DNA of 64,000 bases, from NCBI GenBank assembly GCA_973895155.1, contig OZ316892.1:4095223-4159222 (forward strand), in the 5' to 3' direction. How positions within the stretch are numbered: the stretch's first letter is position 1; each line of letters begins with the position of its first letter. This stretch comes from Marsupella aquatica (taxonomy: Eukaryota > Plantae > Marchantiophyta). Of this stretch, positions 38,515 through 50,105 are shown in pieces. The notes beneath the pieces are model-generated. The model worked only from the letters and a program-made list of their open reading frames with translations. It had not been told where the DNA came from and searched no databases. A program made the translations under genes and the position numbers.

Positions 38515-41500
38515 ATGTCAAACAAAGGAAAGTCAAATTGGAGAAAGAAGAGTAACGTTGACTCTGAGGACGAATCATCAGGAGTGACATCAGTGCAGCC
38601 ACGACAATTATTTCCTGATTCACCACCTGTTGGGATCGTTTCTGATCGACTAACGGAACTCCAAGATCGATACGGAAAAGGGAGTATTGAAAACCCTACC
38701 TCCAGTCGTCCAACCTACATTAATTTAAGATCTGGACCTAAATTGGTACCACCAACCCAGATTGGTAGGGGATATATACCCACGGGAAGAGGATGTCAAA
38801 AGTCTACAAGTTTAGACAGATTGAAGACCACATGTCAATGTTAAAAATATGATGTTGACCATTTTGTTTTCAATGTTTCTTACCAGAAAAAAATCTTGAG
38901 AAGCCGGAGTTAAATATTATGGATGAGGATATCAAGGACTTTGTTTTCCCTGACCAAGATACTCCAGGATTTAGATGGGCACTAGAAGTTGGGGTGTCGG
39001 CGAAAGGCAGTCTCTTGATTTGTTTCAAGGGCCTCACAAGTCAATTGAATGACCGCAAGACAATTGTTACTCTAGGTCTAGTCGTCCTTGTGAACACGGA
39101 CAACAACCGCAATGCAACAATTATTGTTGAGTCCAATGAGAAATCTCAGTGGATGAGACTTCTGGTGCCAATAAAACTCTACTCGACTTTACTGAATGTT
39201 GAGTGGATGGCTTGATTGGAGATAAGCGTAGCTGATATGGGATTCTTCCCAGATGGAGTAACAATTGATCAGATGTTTGAGAAGACGCATTCTCAAATAA
39301 GTGGAGTTGACCTAGTGTTTGGATTTCTCTACGTAAAGAAGCACATGCATGACAATGCGGACAGTGTGGACCCTCCGTCTACTTGGATAGTTGAAAGGAT
39401 GATTGAGAAGGCACATTTTTCATACGAGCAAGCAATCGACAAGAGTTTCATTTTTTGTCCAGAGTTTCAAGAGGCCGCATGCCGGACGTGGATTTCAGAG
39501 ATGAAGAAAAAAGAAGCAAAGCATAAGGCAAAGGAGAGAAAGAAGACAATGGAAAGAAGCGCGCAATCAAAGACAGAGAAGAAATGAAAGCTTCGAGAGC
39601 CGGTTGTTCAACAAGAGAAACAATATGGGAGTTCACGCCGTAAGAAGATGGCTTAAAAAAATGAAGATGATGAGGGCCCCCAAAAAAAGCAGACAAAGAA
39701 GGCAAAGGTTGCAAAATCAAAACCAATGTCAGCGTCGACTTCAAACTTTGTCTTGCATCCAGAGGATGATATGTGTCCGACAGAAGGACCCAAAGAAGAT
39801 GATGTGCTCAAAGGCCAAGAGGTTTTGCGTAATATTGAGCAGTATTATACTTTTGGCATCCGCAAAGTTTTTGATATTCCTGTAAAAAGTATTATTCCGC
39901 CATCGGCCATTTTTGTATATCGAATGTTCAATCTTTTGCATGCAATGGAGATATCAAAGTCTATGATGAAAAACCCTGGATAGGAACCATAAGTTGCTGA
40001 TTTGATTCTGTATCACGAGAGCACTAAATAGTTGCTTCTTATGACAACACACCTCAAGATAGGAAAGAGTTTTTGATTGGTGTGAAGAAGCATGAGATCC
40101 AATTCCTTGCCATCAGTGGCCAGCATTCTGCAAGAGCTGCCCAATGGATCCAAGGGGGGGCCGAGACTGACGCCAAGCTGACAGATCTTGCCAACAAACT
40201 AAAGTATAGGAAAGCAAGGATCCTATCTGACCTCACTCCGAAGACAATTTTGGTTGAGCATTCAAGTTTATCGAATGCTGTCAATGATACTATGCAATTT
40301 AAGTCTTGTTTTTTAGAGACTATTGTTCATGCACGAAGGCAGTTTGAGGAGTGCGGGAAACCGCCGCGTCCAAGGATTGGGACCAATCAAAATACAGACA
40401 GGAAAAACTATCAGGTACATGTTGGAGCAACACAAACTATTCTTGATCCGCTTTGTTTAAAGATTGTCAGTGGTAGAGGTTTGCCTGGCCCCAAGGGCGA
40501 GACTGCCTTGTCTTGTTTTCCTTGGTTAGAAGATTAAAGCAAATGTTTGCCTCGCCCTCAGGGCAAGGTAACCTAGACTAGTCTCTCTAAGAATAATTCC
40601 CTAGTTCCATTTCAGTCAATTGCGGTTAGATGTAGAGGTTCGCCATGCCCTTGGGGCGAGGCGGCTTAGCCTGTTTCAAACATAGGTATAAATTTTCTAA
40701 TATATGCATTGTACCCTGAAACTAATGTCAAGTCCATTGGATATGCAGGATTGGTTTGCCCTTGCAAAGGTTACAATGGGGAAGTCAAGCCTAAAGAGCA
40801 TTTATTGGTTACTTTTTGCCGAAGATGAGCTCTTTGAATTATGGCGGAATGTGTGTGCAAAATGGTTGAGTGGGAAGCTCCAAGATGGGGCTGGTGGGTA
40901 TGGAGGGCCAAGACCCCCAAAATTGATCACTCCCGGTACCTTCGATGCTTTGAAGGAGAGATTAGTAGCAAACAGATAATTGAGATCTTGAAGGACGTTG
41001 AAGAGGAGCGTGCCTTGCTGAAGAAGGATATCACCAACAAATCAGAGCTTGTCGCAATGGGAGACTTGGCCCTTACAATCAAGATAATGTCCAAATTGAG
41101 AACAGTCATTATTGGCTATTTCATGGAAAAGTATCGTGAGAAGTTTCCTGTTGGCACATCTTGGGAGTCTCTGGTGATATTGTTGCCTTCCTTGAAATCT
41201 GAGCTTGAGATGACAAAATTGAGGAGAGCAGCGGGTGAGGTTTACCTCAACAATTCATTGAAGAAGAATGTGGTCAAGGAGAGTTTCCCACAAAGTCGGA
41301 TGGTCAGACTAGATGGGGTGTATTGTAAAGAATTTGGTGGGATTGGTCGTTCTCGCACGGAGCCTTTCTTGACATTTTTTAGTGATAATTTGATGAAGAC
41401 GACCGTGCCGGAAATGCTACAAGAGCCTTCGCCTTTGTGTCCTCTTGCCATTGTTGACTTCAGTAGGCTCCGACAACATGTTTGGACCGATGCTGAAATT

Positions 41501-43027
41501 ATTGCATTACTACAATACATTGTGGATCTTCCAAGAAATCCAACAATTGTTGTTGTCATGACTGTGCATCCGGGGCCACTTGCTACAAACATTTTGAGTG
41601 CCCTTACGAAATTGCAACATGAAAAGGGAATGGACATCCACGTTGACTACGGGAGCTATCGACGGAGTGATACACCAGTTCCAGAGGGCTTACTTTTCAG
41701 TTGTGGTATGGAGGAGATAATCTTTGAAGGAATCACCACTGAGGAGAAATTTGATTGGAAGCAAGTGTTCAGGCCTGGATTTAATTGCCAATTTTCTTAC
41801 AATTCGGCGATCGACCCTAATTTCCAAGTGGAAGACAAGACGGAGAAGCGAGATAAGAATAAGAGTAAGACAAGTAAGGAGACAGAGACTGAGTCAACTT
41901 CGGCATTTCACATTGGAGATTTCTTACGAAAGGCTCCCATGTTTGAGATGGTGGGAAGTAGAGGTGGCTTTGTGAATATTCACGCTAAGCCAAAATGTAT
42001 ACTGCAGAGTATTATTGATTTTTTTTTGGCTGAAGGGGAGACTATACTTGACTTTTTCTCGGGAGGACAGGTTATGAAGGTGTCATTGTTGTGTTTCAGA
42101 GAATGCTTTGCGTATTCAGACACTGAGGATGAATATGATTTCACTCAGGCATATGGAAGGGTTCTCTGCGAGAAATTTCCTTCCATAATGAGTGACCGGA
42201 TGGGCGGTTCCAAATTTGGTAGAGCCCGTGATGGGGTTTCCAAGCATGTTGGCGCCAAAGAAGGCGTAGACCAGGGCGAAGATGAGATTGAGGAAGGAGA
42301 ATTGGGTCATGACACAGACGATAGGGTCACCCGAATTTTGGATGAACGTGGAACACAAGTGGTAGGTATTCCCTACTTTGGTGTGGGGTTGGCCGATTTT
42401 GTGGGTCAACCTGAGGGCGACCCACCAAGAAATCCCTTTGCCGGTGTAGAGAATTGGATGCACCAGGCGGACCCAAATCTTACATCCTCCACATCAGACG
42501 CACATTGGAAGGCAACCGCAGATGATCGAGGCAATATTGACGCAGTAGAATTGGGAGAAATGTCAGACATTGCGCTTGCTAAGGAGGATGATCGTCAAGT
42601 ACCTGAGATCGCTGCAAATGAAGAAGAGAAGGCAGGTGCTTCAAATCCTCCCCTGTCTCCTCTATATTGCTCATCAGAGACTAAATTGGTTTTTACAAGT
42701 GCTTCTACAGGAAGCCCCGTAGTATTATCATTTTCACAAAATTCTGGATCCGAGATCGACAGGACTGGATATATGAAAACAGTCGGTCCTGCAACTCATT
42801 TTATATGGAGAAATGGACCAAAGGTTGGAATGATAGAATCACTAGACGATGCTCCAAAGATAATGGCAAAATCAGATTACAAAAAACTGAACTTGAGACT
42901 GAGCCCAGTTTTTGCACCCCCATCCTTTGAAGAGCAACTTCCCAGTGGTATCAATTCCGAGATACAGAGTGTTCTAGGTGATCAAACAATAGATGAATTT
43001 GGGCATTTTAGCATTGGAAATTATTAG
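38515..43027 (+). pseudogene. Transposon cargo gene: ParB/Srx-like domain fused to a beta-class N6-adenine/N4-cytosine DNA-methyltransferase-like domain
   Basis: GT-AG introns ~38765-38886 and 40415-40748 join the ORF pieces in frame. ParB-like YRMFNLLHAMEISKSM..FLAISGQHSARAA (~39900-40290). MTase-like PLAIVDFSR (motif IV position, ~41450) and VNIHAKPKCILQSIIDFFLAEGETILDFFSGG..RECFAYSDTEDEY (motifs X-I-II, 41970-42140). Several stops and frameshifts. Confidence 0.72.
40483..40662. repeat. Three 21-bp near-palindromes (consensus GCCTCGCCC-N3-GGGCGAGGC) in the cargo-gene intron
   Basis: Copies at 40483, 40549, 40642. Confidence 0.75.
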
Positions 43028-43371
43028 CCCTTTCTTTGGTTCTTGGTATTTTAATGACAATCTAAGCTTTGTCTTTGTAATAATATACTTTTTTACAGAC
43101 CAAAGTTCCATCGTAGAATCTCCTTCCTCAAAGGATTTTGTTGGCATTCCCTCGAAAAGCGTTGCTGTGGACGAAGGGTTTGACCCAGGTATACTTTGGA
43201 TCTAAAAAATGACAAGTGAATGTAATTAATGTTTTTCTAGGAGGGTCGCCCCAGGGTCGTTCCTCTCTACTTCAAATGCTATAACAAAGTTTGTTTGATT
43301 TCAAATTTTGAGAGTTTTCCTCCGTAGTAATTGTTTAAACTTTGAGTCGCATTGACTAAAGGCTTATTTTA

Positions 43372-44383
43372 ATGTTTCCAGAATTCACTCCAATACTACA
43401 CTCTCCGATCCGGCAAAAGCTCTTGGTTCTTGACCTTAACAAGATTTGTTGGGATTGCATTAAGACCAGAAGCTCAGGACCATGGCAAAATCAGACAAGT
43501 TTACGTGGTGTGCACTGGGGGAGACGTGGAGGGTTTAATTTCATGTATGTGGAGCGCCCATACCTCCACGAATTTCTATATGCAGCTTTCATGGTTTTTG
43601 ACGTCGCAATTTGGACCTGTGCAAGGAGGCCAAAAACAATGGAGTTAATGGAGTTGATTTTCACTGAGGAGGAGCGACAGAAGTTCAAGTTTGTCTTTAC
43701 TCAAGAAGATACCTTTGATAGTTGCATCCAAAGGCCAGATATAACAGATGGGAAGGCCAATTTACTTCTGAATAATTTGCAAACCATTTGGGACCGTTTT
43801 CCAGAAAAATATGACGCTTCTAATACAGTTCTTATTGATGATTCTCCATTGAAGGCATTTTTGAATTATGACGTGAATGGACACTTTTTTGCCCGAGATA
43901 TTATGGCCGTATCTTTGCAAATTGAGAAAGGCTTACTGCGTTCAACATTATATCACTGTCAACAATCCAAAGTGGTCTGTTTTCAATTTATTAACAAGCA
44001 AGGAGGATCATGCTGCCATCTATGCTCTTTTGGAACAGAAGTGGGCAGATTGTCGTTGTATCCATAAGGAGTTTGGAACCATCTTGGATGTGACTCCTGA
44101 AGAGATTCCTTGGGACGGAAAGAACGAGGTGCAGCATTACCCACCACTGGAGACGTGGACCACGGATGAGATCGAAGAAACTGCAAACGCAATACTTGGA
44201 GACAACTATTCTGGTCCTCAAAGACAAAATAGAAGGCATTTTATTTGGAAAGTTCTCAGAACTAGGGATCTCACCAATAAGTTTAAGAACCACCATGCGA
44301 GAGATACTTGCAACCGTGACATCCGCTATGATAAATCAGGAAGCAAACTTTCTTGTTCAAATGAGTTTTGTCTTGATCATTAG
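43372..44383 (+). pseudogene. Transposon cargo: FCP1/NIF-family HAD phosphatase-like domain (one frameshift ~43875); separate gene or last exon of the cargo gene
   Basis: KLLVLDLNKIC; ERPYLHEFL..FDVAIWTCA; NLQTIWDRFP..YDASNTVLIDDSPLKAFLN; lies inside the right TIR. Confidence 0.8.
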
Positions 44384-44851
44384 GAGATAGGGTTGCTCTA
44401 GTGCCTACCCTGAATTGTATATTCATATTATGTCAAAGGATATGTTTTGAACATGTAGGATAAAGTAAATAATTATGATATGCTTAGTGTGAGGCTCTCT
44501 CACTGGACTGGACAATTTAATAATTATATAGTGGGTCAATCTCATTTTGACCCTTGATTTATGACCATATATATTTTTTAATTTATAGATGGTCTGAGTG
44601 GTATTGGCCTCTGATTTTTGGACTAAATCAAATTTACTCTAATTTTTAAATTAATTAGAATATATGATTTAAGTTATTATTAAACATTTGGGTGAAAAAA
44701 AACAAAATTTTGGGCGTTCAAAAGTGTATATTTGGGCTGAAAAAAATTAACTTTTGGGAATGCTTTAATAGAAATTTGGCTTGAAAAAAAAACTTTAGGG
44801 TTCATCTTATGGACTTTTAAAAGTACAATTTTAATGAAAATAGTGATATTT

Positions 44852-47800
44852 GCTCTAGGAGAGATTTTTCAGTTCTTACACGGTTTCCAACGGGTCAGTG
44901 TTGATGGGAAATGGAATCCCATGTCAAGTTGTTGGACTTGGATCTGTAAGATTTCAGATGTTTGATGGTGTTGTAAGAACGTTGAGGAATGTGAGACACA
45001 TTCCCAGCATGATGAAAAATCTCATTTCACTTGGAGTTTTAGAAGCAAATGGCCATCAGTGGAGTTATGCTAATGGTGTCCTTCAGGTTTCAACTGGTAC
45101 TAAAGTTGTATTGAAGGGAAAAAGACATAGCAATCTATACATTTTGGAGGGCAGTGTTGTTTGTGATGAAGCCAATGTAACCTTATCTCACGAGGAGACG
45201 GCCCGGGTGTGGCACTTCCGTTTGGGCCACATGAGTGAAAAAGGTTTGGCTATTCTTCAGAAGAAAGGATTACTTTCTAATTTGCAATCTTGTAAGTTGG
45301 AATTCTATGAGCATTGTGTGCTTAGAAAGCAGCACATGAAACCCTTCAGAGTTAGAACTCACACCAACAAGGAGGTACTTGAGTATGTACATAGTGATGT
45401 GTGGGGTCCAGCCCCTACTCCCTCACATTCTGGATGATTATACTATGTCACGTTCATAGACGATTACTCAAGGTATGTGTGGATCTACTTTCTACACAGT
45501 AAGTCTGATATTTTTGCCACTTTTAAGGAGTGGAAAGCCCAAGTTGAGAATCAGATTGGTAACAAGGTGAGATATCTTCGATCGGATAACGGCGGTGAAT
45601 ACAGTTCCGGGGAATTTGGAATGTATTGTAAGGAGCAGGGGATTACCCGCCATCTCACAACAAGTTATACTCCTCAACGGAATGGTATTTCTAAGAGACT
45701 CAACTGAACACTATTGGACCGCTCGAGGAGTATGTTGAGTCAATCATGCTTACCACATGAGTTTTGGGCTGAAGCTGTCAACACTACAGCTTATTTGGTA
45801 AATTTTTCTCCATCAAGTTCTATTGGATTCAAGACGCCATTTGAAATGAGGTACGGGCGTCTAGCAGATTACTCACATCTAAGGATTTTTGGATGTGATG
45901 CTTATGTGCTTACACCTTCCCAGCTTCGATCCAAGCTGGAGTCCAAGTCGAAGAAGTGCATTTTCCTTGGCTATTAGAAAGGTGTGAAGGATTATAGGTT
46001 ATGGGATCCAGTAACCTGTAAACTAATTGTCAGTAGAGATGTGTCCTTTAATGAATCCAGATCATCAAAGGAGGGGGAGAGTTCTCAGGACTCCCATACT
46101 GACAAGGGGAGATCTCCCATCCCGGACCGGGTTGAGGGGGAGATTAGTCATGATGATGTTTATGACAGGAGAGATGGAGAAGCTCCGGGCTTGGAGCTGG
46201 TTCCTGTGATGGAACAAGAGGAGCATATTGTTGCTGGGGTACCTCAAATTCAGCCAGCAGCAGCAACAGATCAGCCTAAGTCATCTACTAGAAGAACTTC
46301 CAATCGTTCTAGTAGAGCTCCTACCAGGTATGGTCAATGGGCAGACTCATCTAAATTAGATGACATTGACATTGCACCCGATGATGATGATGATATGGCT
46401 TTGATCTTGGAAGAAGGAGAGCCTTCTTCGTACAGTGAGGCTTGTGCTTCAGAGCATAAGCATGAGTGGAATGCTCGGTGGAATGCAGCAATGCAGAGGG
46501 AGTTGCAATCTTTGAGTGACAACAAGACATGGGAGCTGGTGGAGCTTCCAAGAGGTCAGCAAGTGGTGGACAGCAAGTGGATTTACAAGTTGAAGGATAG
46601 TCCTTCAGAGGGTGGAGACAAGATCTACAAGGCAAGGCTTGTTGCCAAGGGGTTCACTCAAGAGAAAGGAGTGGACTACAATGAGGTCTTTTCACCGGTG
46701 GCTAAGTATTCCACAATTCAGATCTTGTGTCAGCTTGTTGTGTTTTTTGGTCTGGTGATGGATCAGATGGATGTTGTTACTGCTTTTCTCTATGGCAACT
46801 TGGAAGAGTTGATCTTCATGAGATAGCCACTAGGCTTTATGAAGAAGGGCCAAGAGAACTTAGTTTGCAGATTGCTCAAGTTCTTGTATGGATTGAAGCA
46901 GTCTCCCAAACAGTGGAACAAACGGTTTGATGATTTCATGCTTGCTCAAGATTTTACAAGGATGGTGTATGATCCTTGTGTGTATACAAAATCAGTCAAG
47001 AATGATGTATTTGGTTTCATCATTCTAGTTATTTATGTGGATGACATGCTGATTGTGGCTAAAGATCAATCTGAGGTTGACAGTCTCAAGGCAAAATTGA
47101 GTGCTGAATTCAGGATGAAGGATCTTGGTAAGGCCAAGAGGATCTTAGGGATGGAGATTTTTAGGAACTCTGAGACTGGACAGTTGTGCTTGAGTCAAGG
47201 CCCGTATGCGAGGAAAGTACTTGCACGATTCAACATGGAGAACTGTAAGCCAGTGAGTATTCCTTTAGCTTCACATTTCAAGTTATCATCGGCTTTCTCT
47301 CCTACGGATGCTGTGGAGAAAGGTCTGATGGCTAAGATTCCTTATGAGAAGGCAGTAGGCAGTGTGATGTATTTGATGACTTGTACTAGGCCTGACTTGG
47401 CCCTAGCGATGGGCAAGGTTAGCAAATTCATGTCAAATCCAAGGAATGTTCATTGGGAAGCTGTGAAGTGGATTCTCAAGTATGTGAAGGGAACACAGGA
47501 CTATGGATTATTATTTGATAATAGATCAGATAGAACGTTGGTTGGCTATGTAGATTCTGACTATGGAGGCTGTCTGGACACAAGGAGGTCTACAACTGGG
47601 TTTGTATGCACTCTTGGAGGAGGATGTATCAGTTGGAAATCTACCTTGCAAAAGTGCATTTCTCAGTCTACTACAGAAGCAGAGTATGTTGCAGCAGTAG
47701 AAGCAGCAAAGGAAGCAATTTGGTTGGACAAGTTGATCGCGTAGATGGGTTTAGAGCATGCCAAAATGACTCTAAACTGTGATAGTCAGAGTGCTCTTCA

Positions 47801-48002
47801 CTTGGCTGCTAACCAGGTGATGGATAGCAGGGTGAAGCACATTGATATCAGGTACCATTTTATCAGGCAAGCAGTGTCTGATAAAACTTTTGATCTAGTC
47901 AAGATTGATGGGAAGCTCAATCCTGCTGATGCCTTTACCAAAGTGATTCCTTTGGAGAGTTTCTCAAGACACTGTGCTACTTTGCAAGTTTTGCAGTTGT
48001 AG
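44852..48002 (+). pseudogene. Copia pol (rest of protease, integrase, reverse transcriptase, RNase H)
   Basis: WHFRLGHMSEKG; VHSDVWGP; LRSDNGGEY; IFLGY; YKARLVAKGFTQ; LYGLKQSP; IYVDDML; SDYGG; KHIDIRYHF; several in-frame stops. Confidence 0.96.
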
Positions 48003-48209
48003 TGCAAGTAGAGTTATTTAGCAATGTGTGACTATTTGTATATGGATTACTCATTCCTGTTTGGCTACGGCTTAGTTCTAGTTAACCCTTAGTTAACCCT
48101 TGTGGTTTTTAGGGGGAGACCTGGTTTGGTAATTGTCTAGAACTTCCCGCTGAGGAATCCATATGGTAGCATTTAGTCCAGTCCCCAAGATAAGAGTCAA
48201 GGGGGAGTT

Positions 48210-48557
48210 TGTTAGATATTGCTCTAGTCTTGTGACTCATGAGCTAACCACAGTTAGTCTAACTCGGGTTAGGACTTAGCTAATGTTAGCGATAGTGTTG
48301 TGGTGTATATAACCAGGGCTGATGCCAGACCCTGGTGGAACTTACTAAGGCTCATTGTTACGGAGCTAGTTGAGAGATAGGGAGAGCTTGTGCTGTGGAT
48401 GCTTGGTATGGCCGGTCGGCCTAGAGTGCAATAAAGCTCTTGTGTCTTCCCGTGGATGTAGCCTCATGTGGAGATGAATCACGTATCTCTCTGTGTCGAC
48501 TATTGTGCGTTGGATGGTTCATGGGCTTGCCGTTACGAATGTCGTCTATGCTCAACA
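48210..48557 (+). repeat. Copia 3' LTR (348 bp)
   Basis: Direct repeat of 24665-25008, preceded by the PPT and followed by TSD CGAAC. Confidence 0.97.
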
Positions 48558-50105
48558 CGAACACAGCGCCCGGGCGTTGTGTTCAAAAGTTGAAAATTTA
48601 GTGTCCTTATACAAAAAAGCATGTTTTTTTCGAACACAACGTTACTTTTACACAACTCCCGGGCGCTTTGTTCGAATTTGGCATTGTGTTCGAGGATGAC
48701 GTTGTGTTCGAACTTGGGCACTATGTTCGAGTGAGGGGTTTGCTGTCGTGTCTTTTGTTATAATGAAGTGTTCAAAGTTGACAGTATGTTGGAGTGAGGA
48801 CATTGTGAAAGCAATCTACAATGAGCTCACAGAAAGCAAATATGTTTCACATTATAATTATATGCTTACCATGGGATAACATTTGTTGACTTGGTGCATA
48901 TTATTCATGGTTTGTAAGGTCTAATTTTGTGATACAAATCATTTGTTATCTGCCCATGTTGAATTCAGTGTTTAAATTAACTAAATATTCACAATTTAAC
49001 ACTTATCTCTAACACATCAATTCTATCCTATAATTCCAGCTTATACCCCAATCCATACCCCAATCCAGCATATGCCTAAATTTGAACACAACGCCACTAT
49101 TCAAACACAACATTAATTTTCAAACACAACGCCAATATTCGAACACAACACTACATGTTACAAAAATCCAAAACAAAGTGTCAAAATTCAAACTAAACAC
49201 CCAGGGCTCACTAATCGAATATAGCGTCCCTTGACTCACTATTCGAATATAGTGCCCGGGCGCTGTGTTCAGGGGAAGACGGTAGTGTAGAAGCTATCTG
49301 ATCAGGTGGACAAATGGTGTGGGTATTATCCAAAAGTAATGAGAATATACATAAAGGGTGGCCAGTGGGCACTTGCCCGATATGCAGTTAAATGTGCAAT
49401 GACCAAAAGAAGGATGCCCAAAGGATCTTCCTATCATGTACCCTTTGAAAAAAAAGAATGGCTCAAATAATGGTGTACTCTCCTATAGATGTAAGATGAA
49501 ACTATACCAGGGGGCTCTCAAAACCATATATAGGCTAGATGAAATGGATATGTCATATGTCTAGATATGGAGCTCTCAATGTAAGATATATGGCCACTTG
49601 TGAGATTCTGTTGAAAGTTAGAGTCATCCACATAGCCTACAATCCAATCACTCCTCCAAGAACAACAACTGCAAACTGATATGGAGATAGATGATCGGAT
49701 AATGCACAACAATATTGTGATGATGATAGAGTCCAAGACACAACACATAAAAACTTCTCTCCAGTGCCAAGGGGGTGAAATCTAAACCATGGCTAATAAG
49801 CAAGATGCTCCCAAAATCCGAGATACTCAGAGGCAAATGCCGTACTGCAGCACACTGATAAAGGGAAAACATCACGGATGGAAGCCTAAGTATTGGTCTT
49901 TAGTTGTTCAAAATAAAGCTCGAAAATGCTCAGAAACCCTACACTCTAAACCCCCTATATGCAAGCCCTTGGGCAGGCAGCCCTTAGTCTTTTATTTAAG
50001 AGAACTTCCTCTTGAGAGAACTTTACTTTATACATAGCAACTTCGGTAGAATGAGCCCAAATGGGGACTACGAACTCTGCTGTGAAACTTTACTACGTCA
50101 ACTGG

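Larger units (their letters stand above)
27645..44847. mobile_element. Sola-like (probably Sola1) DNA transposon, 17,203 bp including a ~6-kb nested remnant, carrying cargo genes
   Basis: TSD ATTT (27641-27644, 44848-44851); removal restores Copia protease SFHI-CSRRD. 32-bp TIRs ATCACTATATTCATTAAAACTGAAATTATAAA / ATCACTATTTTCATTAAAATTGTACTTTTAAA (5 mismatches). DDD transposase on the minus strand. Confidence 0.88.
24665..48557 (+). mobile_element. Full-length Ty1/Copia LTR retrotransposon (Tnt1/Tork-like), interrupted by a 17.2-kb DNA transposon
   Basis: TG..CA LTRs at 24665-25008 and 48210-48557; TSD CGAAC (24660-24664, 48558-48562); PBS TGGTATGAGAGC at 25011 (tRNA-iMet, 1 mismatch); PPT AAGGGGGAG at 48199; gag-PR-INT-RT-RH order. 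Confidence 0.97.
24649..49282. mobile_element. ~736-bp non-autonomous Tc1/mariner (pogo/Tc2-like) MITE split by the Copia insertion (pieces 24649-24664 and 48563-49282)
   Basis: Rejoined left end TA|CCGTTTTCCCCCGAACACAGCGCCCGGGCG matches the revcomp of the right end TA|CCGTCTTCCCCTGAACACAGCGCCCGGGCA. TA at 24647-48 and 49283-84. Many subterminal GTGTTCGAA/TTCGAACAC motifs. Confidence 0.85.

Noticed and set aside
38515-44383. Bacterial or phage contamination as the source of the ParB-MTase
   Set aside because: The gene has in-frame GT-AG introns and lies within TIRs/TSD inside a plant Copia element
27647-44845. CACTA/EnSpm classification from CACTA..TAGTG
   Set aside because: No 3-bp TSD (TAT versus ATA); the TIR extends 2 bp further; only a 4-bp ATTT TSD restores the Copia protease; the catalytic motifs are not TnpD-type
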